64,000 nt of DNA from Thermoplasmatales archaeon (GTDB taxonomy: Archaea; Thermoplasmatota; E2; DHVEG-1), in NCBI GenBank assembly GCA_020341795.1, contig CP070836.1, forward strand, positions 1,303,212 to 1,367,211. Direction: 5' to 3'. The notes under the pieces are model-generated. The model saw only the letters and a list, made by a program, of their open reading frames with translations, did not search any database and had not been told where the DNA came from. Of the stretch, positions 9,389-19,149 are shown one piece after another (within the stretch, counting starts at the first letter, position 1; each line of letters begins with the position of its first letter). The position numbers were made by a program, and so were the translations under genes.

Positions 9389-10774
9389 TTATATATATTT
9401 TTTAATTTTGAACTTATTTCTATCAACTTTTGTAATAACTCTAGCTTCCTTCATATTGACTTTATCGACTTCTCTTATATTTATTACAATTTCTTTTCCA
9501 ATTTTATCCTGATAACCGTTTTTAATAACCGAAATAATTTCATTTATAGTTGGTCCTTGATTTCTTAACTTATTATCGATAATTAATTTTATTTCCAGAT
9601 TATTTAAATTATGCTGAATTATTCTTGTATGTTTTATTTTATTTGTTTTTAATTCAGAAAGAACTCTTCCATGTATCTCTGATATCGAAGCAGGTAGTAA
9701 TACTCGCCCACCAGAGAAATATAATGCTAAATCATCTCGACCATATATCCTATCAATCATTCCACCTGAAATTCCACAATCACATTCTTCATATAATGGT
9801 GCAACTATGTCATTTATAGCATTGTATCTTATAATAGGAGTCCCTTTGCCATAAAGTTTGGTAATTAACATTTTTCCTGGTTCACGTGACAAGGTAGGTT
9901 TATTATTTTTGAAAAACTCAGGATAAACAAGATCAGACATTATATGATAACAACCATTTCTACATTGAAAAGCAATTGTTCCAGTTTCTGTTGCACCATA
10001 TACTTCAAAAACAGATGCATTAAAAGTATTTTCCAATAATTTTCGAAGAGGATTAGTTAGAACTGAACCTATTGAGGCAATTACATTTGGATTGATGTTT
10101 TCACCATATCCTTTTTCTTTGAGTAATGCGATATGACCCAGCATTCCAACATATCCACCGATAAAATCAGGTTTAAAATTATTAATTTCTTTTACTATAA
10201 ACTTAGGATCACTATTAGTATCAAGCCATTGCATGTTGTTAAAAAATCTACCCTCACCAAGATTTGAAAGTAGTCCTCTTTGTACATATCCTGTACCAAT
10301 AGTATGTGGTGCAAAATCTCCAATAATAGTCAATCTATTTTTATACCAAGAAATACCATGTTCTCTGAGTGCTCTAATATAGTAAAAAAACCATAAAACC
10401 ATATCAAACATGTCACCAAATAATGATAATGATTTACCTGTTGTACCAGAGGTTGATATCTGTATAAGCTGATTTTTATTAATTTTAGTTGAAATAACAC
10501 CATCAGGATAATATTTTTCTATGTCTTCTTTAGAAATAATAGGCAGTTTTTCAAGATCTTCAATTCCCTTGATATCATGAGGTTTAATATTTTTTTTCTT
10601 ATACTTGTCGTGATAAAGAGGAACAGTATAGGAAAATTGAACGATTTTTCTCAGTTGTTTGTCCTGATATTTTTTAAGTTCCTTTTTGTCAAGAGAATGT
10701 AGTCTATTGATATCAAAGAGATAACTTTTTAGCATCTTAGAAAGAAAAACCGGATTAAGGAAAGGATTCATCAA
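9389..10774 (-). CDS. phenylacetate-CoA ligase / coenzyme F390 synthetase-like adenylate-forming enzyme
   Basis: AMP-binding motif STSGTTGKS, YGATETG core, ~460 aa length and PaaK-like architecture. Confidence 0.7.
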   Translation of the reverse strand: MMNPFLNPVFLSKMLKSYLFDINRLHSLDKKELKKYQDKQLRKIVQFSYTVPLYHDKYKKKNIKPHDIKGIEDLEKLPIISKEDIEKYYPDGVISTKINKNQLIQISTSGTTGKSLSLFGDMFDMVLWFFYYIRALREHGISWYKNRLTIIGDFAPHTIGTGYVQRGLLSNLGEGRFFNNMQWLDTNSDPKFIVKEINNFKPDFIGGYVGMLGHIALLKEKGYGENINPNVIASIGSVLTNPLRKLLENTFNASVFEVYGATETGTIAFQCRNGCYHIMSDLVYPEFFKNNKPTLSREPGKMLITKLYGKGTPIIRYNAINDIVAPLYEECDCGISGGMIDRIYGRDDLALYFSGGRVLLPASISEIHGRVLSELKTNKIKHTRIIQHNLNNLEIKLIIDNKLRNQGPTINEIISVIKNGYQDKIGKEIVINIREVDKVNMKEARVITKVDRNKFKIKKYI

Positions 10775-10839
10775 TATTCCAAAAAATATAATAAATACAG
10801 ATTATTTAAATTATTCAACCAATTATAAATATATAAAAT

Positions 10840-12165
10840 TTAAGAAGATCTATATTTTTTGCTTCTTTTAAAATAAAACAAAAGATAAGATAAAATAAAT
10901 GAAAAATCTCCTTGCTTTAATGATATTTTTAAAAAATTTATAATAAATCTTGGTCTTAAAATAAATTTTCTATGACCATGATAACCCCAGCTTATTAATT
11001 CCTCTTTTGAAAACATACTTAAATTTCTTTTTTTATCGGCTGAAACTACATATTCATCAGGAGCTATTTTTCCCTGTTCAACTGCATTATTCCAAAGCTC
11101 AGAGCCAGCCATATATTTTAAAGGAACAAAAGAAACAGACACTAATGGTAATTTTTTTGCAAAATCAATAGTATTTTTAAAATGCTCTTTTGTTTCAAAG
11201 GGTGCTCCGATTATAAACGAACCTACTGTATAGAAACCTTTTTTATTGCTTAGATTTACCGCATATTTAATTTTTTCAATAGTTGTATTTTTATTATAAA
11301 AATCAAGAACATCTTGATTTCCTGATTCTAATCCAAATTGAATAAAAACAACTCCCGCTTTTTTCATTAATTCATATAATTTTTCATCTGCCGAGTCAAC
11401 CCTTGCAGCTGTGATATAATATTTTAACTGAATTTTTTCATCAAGTATTCTTCTAAATATTTCCATTGCATGCTTTTTATTTGCAATAAAACAATCATCA
11501 ACAAAAGCAACATATCTAAAACCTTGTTTTTCAATAATTTTAAGTTCATTGATTATACTATCTGTAGAGCGTTCAAGAAATTTTTTCATACTTATTGCTC
11601 CACGAGAACAAAATTTACAAGTATATGGACATCCCCTGCTTGTAATAATCGAAGTGAACTCACCTTTTTTAAAGTTAGGATTATAACCAATTCCATAATT
11701 GTATTTACGAACAAGATTTCTTGAAGGATTAGGAATGGAATCAATATCTTCAAAAGATGAAATTGGCTTGCCTTTCTTAATTTTCTTTCCTTCTTTATAA
11801 TAAATACCATTAACATCTGACAATTTTTTCTTTTCTTTTAGAGCTTTTTTAATTTCTAATATTGTTTTTTCACCAGGTCCTTGAACGCTTATATCTGCAT
11901 GGGTTTCTTCTAAAGATTTATCTGGAAAAAGTATACAGTGTGGTCCACCAATTATAATTTTGATTTTTGAATTGTATTTTTTTATTTTTTTAACAATTTC
12001 TTTTGCCTGTCTTATTGATACAGATAAAACAGTAATTCCTACAAGATCTATATCAGCTAATTCTTTTTCTAAATTTTTTTCATTATAAGATTCAGCTGAA
12101 TAATCAACAATTTTAACATTATTTCCATCTTTTTCAAGCACGCTTGCGATATATAATAATCCCAT
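10840..12165 (-). CDS. B12-binding-domain radical SAM protein (class B); true start probably upstream at 12244-12249
   Basis: GCPYTCKFC CxxxCxxC cluster motif and an N-terminal cobalamin-binding Rossmann pattern. The frame stays open and conserved-looking (IIKILLIYPQTD...) upstream of the first ATG. Confidence 0.8.
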   Translation of the reverse strand: MGLLYIASVLEKDGNNVKIVDYSAESYNEKNLEKELADIDLVGITVLSVSIRQAKEIVKKIKKYNSKIKIIIGGPHCILFPDKSLEETHADISVQGPGEKTILEIKKALKEKKKLSDVNGIYYKEGKKIKKGKPISSFEDIDSIPNPSRNLVRKYNYGIGYNPNFKKGEFTSIITSRGCPYTCKFCSRGAISMKKFLERSTDSIINELKIIEKQGFRYVAFVDDCFIANKKHAMEIFRRILDEKIQLKYYITAARVDSADEKLYELMKKAGVVFIQFGLESGNQDVLDFYNKNTTIEKIKYAVNLSNKKGFYTVGSFIIGAPFETKEHFKNTIDFAKKLPLVSVSFVPLKYMAGSELWNNAVEQGKIAPDEYVVSADKKRNLSMFSKEELISWGYHGHRKFILRPRFIINFLKISLKQGDFSFILSYLLFYFKRSKKYRSS

Positions 12166-12253
12166 GGGAGGCGCAAATCCAGTATGTACTCTTTCTTTTT
12201 CAATAAAAAATGTATCAGTCTGAGGATATATTAGTAAAATTTTGATTATGTGT

Positions 12254-12259
12254 ACCTCC
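12254..12259 (-). promoter_or_regulatory. Shine-Dalgarno-like GGAGGT ahead of the non-ATG N-terminal extension of the radical SAM gene
   Basis: Minus-strand AGGAGGTACACATAATCAAA; 4 nt to ATA and 7 nt to ATC, both in frame with the downstream ORF. Confidence 0.4.
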
Positions 12260-12308
12260 TTTTTTCAAAATAGTTTAATATACAACACTTATATTTTTCT
12301 TTGTATAA

Positions 12309-13624
12309 TGAAAATACTGATAATTGAAAATGTTTGGATGGGTGGAAGAAAATATAGTTTATTTGATAAAACTCTACTTACGATGTTTACAATACTACCA
12401 ACATTGAATGCTCGTCATATAGCGGCAATTACACCAAAAAAACATGAAGTTAAAGTTATAAATGAAAGATATGAAAAAATTAATTTTGAAGAAAAATGGG
12501 ACTTAGTCAACATTAATTTTACAGCATCCACTGCCCCGCATGCTTATGACATAGCTGATAAATTTAGAAAAAAAGACATAATCGTGGTTTTAAGTGGTCT
12601 ACATCCTTCGTTAATGCCTGATGAAGCAAAACAACATGCTAATAGTGTATTATTAGGAGTTGGAGAGTTAAACTGGTTAACTTTACTTGAAGATTATGAA
12701 AATAAAATGTTAAAAACTTATTATCAACCTGTTAAATATGGTAAAAATACTATTCTTCCACCGACGAATATTAATCTTCCAGGCGTTGTTTTATCCGGTG
12801 CTATTGAAGCAACGAGGGGATGCCCTTATAAATGTGAATTCTGCAGAGAATCACATATCCCTGGTGGATCGCAATTTTATACTAGGCCGGTTGATGAGGT
12901 AATAGATGAGATAAAAAATCTACCACAAAAATCTTTTACTTTTTATGATACATCCTTAACAATAGACACAAATTACACAAAAGAACTATTTGAAAAGATG
13001 ATTGGTCTTAAAAAAAGATTTTCCTGTAATGGCAATGTAGATGTTTTAGCAAATGATAAAGAGCTTGTCAGTCTTTCAAAAAAAGCAGGTTGTGTATCTT
13101 GGTTAATAGGTTTTGAATCAATCAATCAGGAAACACTTAATGATATAGGAAAAAAAACAAACATAGTAAAAGAGTATAAGCAAGCAGTTCAAAACATACA
13201 TAAAAATGGAATGGTAGTAATAGGTTGTTTTGTCTTTGGTTTTGATAAGGATTATAAAAATATATTCAATAATACATTAAAAATTATTCAGGAATTAGAA
13301 ATCGATGCAGCAGATTTTCTTGTACTTACTCCTTTTCCAGGCACCCCATTGTATAATAAAATGCAGAAAGAAAAAAGAATTATTACATATGATTGGCGTT
13401 TTTATAATATGAAAACTGTTGTTTTCAAACCAAAAAATATGACACGAGAAGAACTTTTATTCGGCGTTAAAAATATGTATAAAAAATATTATTCTACACC
13501 TTTGACTACTATAAGAATTATTAAAAGTTTAAAATATGGCTTTTTTCCTTTCATTTTAGTTTTAGAACGTAATTTTTCTACTCATATGAACATTAGAGTT
13601 TTATTTAAAACAAAATCAAATTAG
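12309..13624 (+). CDS. B12-binding-domain radical SAM protein with DUF4070-like C-terminus
   Basis: GCPYKCEFC motif. The start MKILIIEN at 12309 is preferred over the track start 12242, whose extra 22 aa have no domain support. C-terminal YDWRFYNMKTVVFKPKNMTREEL resembles DUF4070. Confidence 0.8.
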
Positions 13625-13665
13625 GAAAAATATTTAAGTATTAAAAAGATGCGCAAAAGGATAAT

Positions 13666-13956
13666 ATGTACGCAATAGTATATTTTAATTTTAGTGGCAA
13701 CAAAGATGAATTCAAGGAGGCAAAGAATACTTTACTTGATGTATCAAAAAAATTTGATAATTTAGAACTTATGGATATATTAATACCTTCAAGTGATTGG
13801 AATTATGCTGCTCTTATAAAATTTGATAAATTTGAAACATTTACAAAATATATTAAAAAAACAAGAGAAGAACCTATCACATTTTTTGCAAAAAGAGGAC
13901 TTCACCCTCCACCAAAGAAACTTGAATTGTTGGTAGATATTAATCATCTTGAATAA
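13666..13956 (+). CDS. hypothetical protein (96 aa)
   Basis: Clean ORF 41 bp after the radical SAM gene on the same strand; no motif recognised. Confidence 0.45.
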   Translation: MYAIVYFNFSGNKDEFKEAKNTLLDVSKKFDNLELMDILIPSSDWNYAALIKFDKFETFTKYIKKTREEPITFFAKRGLHPPPKKLELLVDINHLE

Positions 13957-14123
13957 AACTAACGCTGTTCTTGTCTATTTTTATATATGAAATACTGATG
14001 TAATGTTAGAAAAAAAATTCTTAAATATAACATTTTATTATAACAAAATAGAGAAAGCTATAAAAGAGTAAATATTCTTTGGACTTAAGAGGAAAAAAAT
14101 TTTATTTAAAGGGAGGCAATGTA

Positions 14124-15707
14124 ATGAAAATCTCTATTGCAACTGAAGAAAATGTACCTCAAATCATGAAACTTTTCATAAAAATCTATGGAAAAGGTTA
14201 TCCTTTTCAAAAATTCTATGATACAATGTGGCTTACAAAAAGCATTTATTCCGATGATAACTTATTTATGGTTGCAAAAGAGAAAAACAAGATAGTAGGT
14301 ACAGGCTCAGTATTTCTGACAGCAGGTGGTTTTTCTGATCTAATCGGAGAGTTTGGTCGTCTAGTTGTAGATCCAGACTATAGTGGCAAGGGTGTTGGTA
14401 CTAAAATTATGAACAATTTAATTGATTCAGTATCAGAAATGATACAATTTGGTTTTGCTGAATGCAGAGCTGTTCATTCAGGAGCACAAAAAATATGTGA
14501 ACGAAGCAAATTTTTACCTACAGGCTTTGAACCTAACAAATACCAACTTGCAAAAACTCGTGAAAGCGTTGTATTTGTTACAAAACTTTTTGGTCCAGCT
14601 CTTTCATTAAGACGTAACAATCCTCGTGTAATATCAAGTATTTATCCAATGGGTGCTAAAAGTATGCAAAATCTTGAATTACCAGTAGATTTAATAGTTG
14701 AAGACGAAATAGAAGGTTATCCAACAGAGAAATCATTTAAAACAAAGGAACTTTCATCTACAGGAGTCTCTCCACTTCTACGAATTGAACGAGGACGTAT
14801 AAAGAATCCAGAAATATTTGGAAATCTGAGTTTAAGTTATGGTTTTTTTAAAATAGCGACAAATCAAGCACATTATATAGTAGCTCAAGAAAAAGGAATA
14901 ACCTTAGGTGCAATTGGATTTACTGTAGATAAAATTGATCGGAAAGTTAAAGTCCTTGAACTAATAGAATTTGATGATGAAGTAAAAGGATTCTTACTTA
15001 CAACATTAGTAAAGATTGCAACAGAGAAATATGGTGCTATGTATATTGAAATGGATGTAAGCGCCTATTCTCCTAAAATGCAAAAAACACTGGATAGATT
15101 AGGTTTTGTCCCTGTTGCTTATTGTCCATCAATGGTGTTTCGCGGATCTGAAAGACTTGACGTAGTACGTATGGCAAAACTTAATTTCCCACCAAATGTA
15201 AAAAACCTAAAACTTACTGATAACGGTAAAGATATGTTTGAATTAGTATTAAAGGATTTAGAAATAAAAAAAGTTGGTATGGAAATAACAGAAGTAACAA
15301 GACAATCTGATATATTTAAAGGATTATCTGATGGCGAATTATCACAACTGGCACAAATCTGCAAAATGATATCTTATCCTGCTGGTAAAACTATTTGTAG
15401 TGAAGGTGAATGTGGCAGTGAAATTTTTGTACTTGCTGAAGGAAAAGCATCAGTATTTGCTCAAAGAACTAGTGAAAAAAAATCAAAAATCGGTACAATT
15501 AGCCAAGGGGAAATTTTTGGCGAAATGGCAATAATCGAAGATCTACCACGTGTCGCTGATCTTGTTACAGATGTAGATTCAAAACTAGTTGTCATAGATA
15601 AATCTGAGTTTGAAAATTTAATGAATAAAAACAGCCATCTTGGAAAAATAGTTATGAAAAATATTGCTCAAGGGTTATCAAGAAAACTACGTCGCATCGA
15701 AGCGTAA
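14124..15707 (+). CDS. tandem GNAT acetyltransferase fused to a C-terminal cyclic-nucleotide-binding (CAP_ED) domain
   Basis: GNAT acetyl-CoA motif RLVVDPDYSGKGVGTK, a second GNAT-like repeat, then a cNMP cassette GEIFGEMAIIEDLPRVADL. Start at ATG 14124 behind GGGAGG is preferred over the TTG at 14079. Confidence 0.75.
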   Translation: MKISIATEENVPQIMKLFIKIYGKGYPFQKFYDTMWLTKSIYSDDNLFMVAKEKNKIVGTGSVFLTAGGFSDLIGEFGRLVVDPDYSGKGVGTKIMNNLIDSVSEMIQFGFAECRAVHSGAQKICERSKFLPTGFEPNKYQLAKTRESVVFVTKLFGPALSLRRNNPRVISSIYPMGAKSMQNLELPVDLIVEDEIEGYPTEKSFKTKELSSTGVSPLLRIERGRIKNPEIFGNLSLSYGFFKIATNQAHYIVAQEKGITLGAIGFTVDKIDRKVKVLELIEFDDEVKGFLLTTLVKIATEKYGAMYIEMDVSAYSPKMQKTLDRLGFVPVAYCPSMVFRGSERLDVVRMAKLNFPPNVKNLKLTDNGKDMFELVLKDLEIKKVGMEITEVTRQSDIFKGLSDGELSQLAQICKMISYPAGKTICSEGECGSEIFVLAEGKASVFAQRTSEKKSKIGTISQGEIFGEMAIIEDLPRVADLVTDVDSKLVVIDKSEFENLMNKNSHLGKIVMKNIAQGLSRKLRRIEA

Positions 15708-15727
15708 ATGTTTTTAAGATACCATTG

Positions 15728-16531
15728 ATGCCTTTTCATAAAGTTGGAGTTGATCATTTGTTCATAAGGATTTTAGGCGCTCATAACGAAGAATCAAAAC
15801 ACACAAAGTTAACATCTCTTCTAATTGATGATAAAATAGCTATAGATGCAGGAAGCTTAGTATCAGAGATAACGTATGAAGAACAAGAAAAAATAAAAAC
15901 AATATTACTTTCTCATGGACACTATGATCATATAAGAGGAATCCCATCTTTTGCTTTTAATAATCGACATCAAACCACAAAGATTTATGCTACAACAGAG
16001 ACATTTAAAATTCTTTCATCTCATTTGATTGATGGAGTTATTTATCCAGAGTTTACAAAAAAGATACCGTTTTTTTTAGAAAAACCTTCTCTTAAATTTT
16101 ATAATATTGAACCTTTTAATTCAACACATATCGATGGATATAAGGTTGTAGCAATTCCAGTTAACCATACGATTTATACTATTGGCTTCGAAATCACTAA
16201 TAAAAATCGAAAAAAAGCTTTTTATTCAAGTGATACAGGTCCTGGTCTCTCAGCAATTTGGGAACATATTAATCCTGATCTTTTAATAATTGAGACAACT
16301 TTTCCTAATAAACGAGAAAATAGAGCTATTAATTCTGCACATCTTTGTCCAAAAATGCTTAAAAAAGAGCTAATTGAACTAAAGAAAATAAAAGAAATTA
16401 TACCAAAAATTTATTTAATTCATTTAAGCCCAAGGTATGAAAAAGAAATTAGAAAAGAAATAAAAGAAATTGAAAAGGATCTTAACATTTCTATTAATAT
16501 TTGTTGTGAGGGTGATAAGATTACTGTTTAG
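15728..16531 (+). CDS. metallo-beta-lactamase-fold hydrolase, class II 3',5'-cyclic-nucleotide phosphodiesterase-like
   Basis: TSLLIDDKIAIDAGS, SHGHYDHIRGIP (HxHxDH) and IIETTFPN...SAHLCP...IHLSP follow the pattern I associate with class II PDEs (PDEase_II). Confidence 0.6.
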   Translation: MPFHKVGVDHLFIRILGAHNEESKHTKLTSLLIDDKIAIDAGSLVSEITYEEQEKIKTILLSHGHYDHIRGIPSFAFNNRHQTTKIYATTETFKILSSHLIDGVIYPEFTKKIPFFLEKPSLKFYNIEPFNSTHIDGYKVVAIPVNHTIYTIGFEITNKNRKKAFYSSDTGPGLSAIWEHINPDLLIIETTFPNKRENRAINSAHLCPKMLKKELIELKKIKEIIPKIYLIHLSPRYEKEIRKEIKEIEKDLNISINICCEGDKITV

Positions 16532-16541
16532 GAGTAGGTTT

Positions 16542-17990
16542 ATGACTAGGAACAATAAGGTTAAAGTTTATGATTTAATAGTTCTTGGTTCAGGTCCTGC
16601 TGGTGAGAAAGGAGCTGCACAGGCAGCATATTTTGGAAAAAAGGTTGCACTAGTTGAGAAAAGTGAATTTTTAGGTGGTGCTGCAGCAAGCACCACAATT
16701 CCAAGCAAAACGCTCCGTGAGACATCACTTACACTTTCTGGCGTTCGTGCACGTCGTCTTCATGGAATCGATTTATCAATTAAAGGAAAAGCTACGGTCA
16801 AAGATTTTCTGCATCATGAACGGATGGTAAAAGAATCTGAGCGTAAACGTGTCTTGAATAATATGTTGCGTCATAAAATAGATATATATCATGGATTAGG
16901 TTCTTTTTACGATAAAAAAATAATAAAAGTTGAATCTTCTAATAATCAACCCTATTATCTCCAGGGGGAAATTATCCTAATTGCAACTGGTTCATCTCCA
17001 CGGTATCCTGATAATTTTCCAAAAGATCCCCGTATTTATGACTCAGATTCAATCTTACAGATTAAAAAAATACCTAAAAATATTGTTGTTATTGGTGGAG
17101 GAGTCATTGGTTGTGAATATGCATGTGTTTTTTCAGAATTAGGGGTAAAAGTATCACTTATTCATAATAAAGAAATCTTGTTACCATTCTTGGATCATGA
17201 TATTTCAATTGCTCTTAAAAATAGCATGTCAAAAATGGGTATTAACATGTTAGTTTCTGATGGCGTGGAATCTTGTAATGTTAAAGAAAAAAATATTGAA
17301 ATAATACTTACTTCAGGAAAAAATATCCATACTGATTCTATTATGCTTGCAACTGGTCGTAATAGTAATACTGATAAATTAAATCTTGATATGGCAGGAA
17401 TTACAACTGGAAAATATAAATTATTAATCGTTGATAAAAATTATCAAGTTATTCATCCTGAGACAAAAAAACCAGTAGATGGTATTTTTGCTGCAGGTGA
17501 TGTAATTGGTAGACCAGGTCTTGCATCAACATCTATGGAGCAAGCAAGATATGCTATGATAAAAGCTCTTGATTTAGAACCATACAAAGAACATATTGCA
17601 CCTATTTTACCACTTGGTATTTACACTATTCCTGAATGTTCATTAGCAGGAAAAACTGAAAATGAATGTAGAGATGAAAAAATTGATTATGTAATAGGTA
17701 AAGCGAGCTATAACCAAAATGCAAGGGGCATGATAATTGGTGATACCGATGGTTTCATTAAATTAATTTACGAGTTTAATAAAGATCTTAAAAAACCTAT
17801 GAAATTGCTAGGAGTACATATAATCGGTGAGATTGCATCTGAATTGATTCATCTTGGTGTTAATGCTTTGATGATGAATGCAAGTAGTAATTTGTTTATT
17901 GACTCATGTTTTAATTATCCTACTCTCGGTGAACTCTATAAATATGCTACATATGATGCTATGGGCAATCGGACTAAACGTATTAAGTAA
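16542..17990 (+). CDS. FAD-dependent pyridine nucleotide-disulfide oxidoreductase family, soluble transhydrogenase (SthA)-like
   Basis: GSGPAGE FAD motif, GGAAASTTIPSKTLRE (no CxxxxC redox disulfide), VIGGGVIGCEYA NAD motif, C-terminal dimerisation domain. Start at ATG 16542 behind GGAG; the track start 16470 overlaps the previous gene. Confidence 0.7.
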   Translation: MTRNNKVKVYDLIVLGSGPAGEKGAAQAAYFGKKVALVEKSEFLGGAAASTTIPSKTLRETSLTLSGVRARRLHGIDLSIKGKATVKDFLHHERMVKESERKRVLNNMLRHKIDIYHGLGSFYDKKIIKVESSNNQPYYLQGEIILIATGSSPRYPDNFPKDPRIYDSDSILQIKKIPKNIVVIGGGVIGCEYACVFSELGVKVSLIHNKEILLPFLDHDISIALKNSMSKMGINMLVSDGVESCNVKEKNIEIILTSGKNIHTDSIMLATGRNSNTDKLNLDMAGITTGKYKLLIVDKNYQVIHPETKKPVDGIFAAGDVIGRPGLASTSMEQARYAMIKALDLEPYKEHIAPILPLGIYTIPECSLAGKTENECRDEKIDYVIGKASYNQNARGMIIGDTDGFIKLIYEFNKDLKKPMKLLGVHIIGEIASELIHLGVNALMMNASSNLFIDSCFNYPTLGELYKYATYDAMGNRTKRIK

Positions 17991-17993
17991 ATA

Positions 17994-18078
17994 CGCCGAG
18001 GAGGAGATTTGAACTCCTGTGGGGAAAATCCCCACGAGATTTCCAGTCTCGCGCAGTTCCGGGCTGTGCCACCTCGGC
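17994..18078 (-). tRNA. tRNA-Ser (anticodon GGA)
   Basis: Cloverleaf folded by eye: acceptor GCCGAGG/CCTCGGC, anticodon arm CGAGA-CTGGAAA-TCTCG, long variable hairpin GGGG-ATTTT-CCCC, T arm AGGAG-TTCAAAT-CTCCT. Confidence 0.9.
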
Positions 18079-18109
18079 AAAAAACAAATCAGGTAAACTA
18101 ATATCTATT

Positions 18110-19111
18110 TTAAGGTTTTTTCCAGATAGAAGGATATGTACCTTTTTTCATAATTACACGTTCAAGATTTGCACATAAACCCTTATCTTTTTGAATAATT
18201 TCTTCAGTTGACATAAGAGTTTTTACTATTGCAACACCCTCGTTTTTAAGTGTTAAAACTAAAGTTATATCGTTTTTATTTACACCTGAATCAAGTTCTA
18301 CAACTCCTGGTATTGCAAGACTTGCTCCATGGCAAAGAGCATCTACTGCTGAATCACGAATAACAATTTTAGGAAGATGAGAAAGCATACTTTCAACTGG
18401 ATAAATTATCTTTCTTATACTTTTTTCATCTTTTTCTTCTTTATAAAAAACAAACGCATCTTTTATATCCTGTAAAAAAACAGAATCTTCTTCTTTTATA
18501 TGGCCAACTCTGGTACGATGTAGTTCTGCAAGATGTGCACCACTTTTTAATTTTTTACCGATATCAACACATAATGTTCTGATATAAGTTCCAGATTCAC
18601 ATCCAACTCTAAATAAAACATCTCTATCCTTAATCTCAATAATGTCAAAATAATAAATTTGCCTTATCCGTTTTACTCTTTTTACAGCAGATCTTAAAGG
18701 AGGAACTTGTATTATTTCACCAATAAGACTTTTACATACTTCCGTTATCTTTTTTTTATCGACTTTTTTATGAAGAGTCATTAAACCAATATATTCTTTA
18801 CCAGCAACTAGTAAAAACTCCAAAGCCTTTGTTGCTTCACCGATTCCGATTGGTAACACCCCTGTTGCTTTGGGATCTAGTGTTCCACTATGACCTATTT
18901 TTTCATTTCCGAGTATGTTTTTTAGCCATGAATCAACCTGATGAGACGTTGGACCATTCGGCTTATTCAAATTAATGAAACCTTTGTTTAAGAGTTCTTT
19001 AACTGATCGTTCTTCTGGTTTTTTTCCAAAGTTTGGATTCGTTTTTGATTGAATTTTTACTAAACGTTTTCGTTTATAATCAGAGGGTAAAAAATGTTTT
19101 TTTTCAACCAT
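18110..19111 (-). CDS. cbf5: H/ACA RNP pseudouridine synthase Cbf5 (TruB family with PUA domain)
   Basis: GHSGTLDPKATGVLPIGIGEATK catalytic motif; C-terminal PUA-like region. Confidence 0.9.
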   Translation of the reverse strand: MVEKKHFLPSDYKRKRLVKIQSKTNPNFGKKPEERSVKELLNKGFINLNKPNGPTSHQVDSWLKNILGNEKIGHSGTLDPKATGVLPIGIGEATKALEFLLVAGKEYIGLMTLHKKVDKKKITEVCKSLIGEIIQVPPLRSAVKRVKRIRQIYYFDIIEIKDRDVLFRVGCESGTYIRTLCVDIGKKLKSGAHLAELHRTRVGHIKEEDSVFLQDIKDAFVFYKEEKDEKSIRKIIYPVESMLSHLPKIVIRDSAVDALCHGASLAIPGVVELDSGVNKNDITLVLTLKNEGVAIVKTLMSTEEIIQKDKGLCANLERVIMKKGTYPSIWKKP

Positions 19112-19149
19112 TTCAACGCTCTACAATTAAAAACTATTATAAAAATTAT

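Noticed and set aside
9625-11816. Track ORFs 9625-9819 (+), 11470-11724 (+) and 11592-11816 (-) within the ligase and radical SAM genes.
   Set aside because: They are antisense or out of frame relative to motif-supported genes.
16470-16541. Long N-terminal extension of the SthA-like ORF (track start 16470).
   Set aside because: It overlaps the 3' end of the PDE-like gene and encodes a hydrophobic non-homologous leader. ATG 16542 has GGAG upstream and begins right at the FAD-binding fold.
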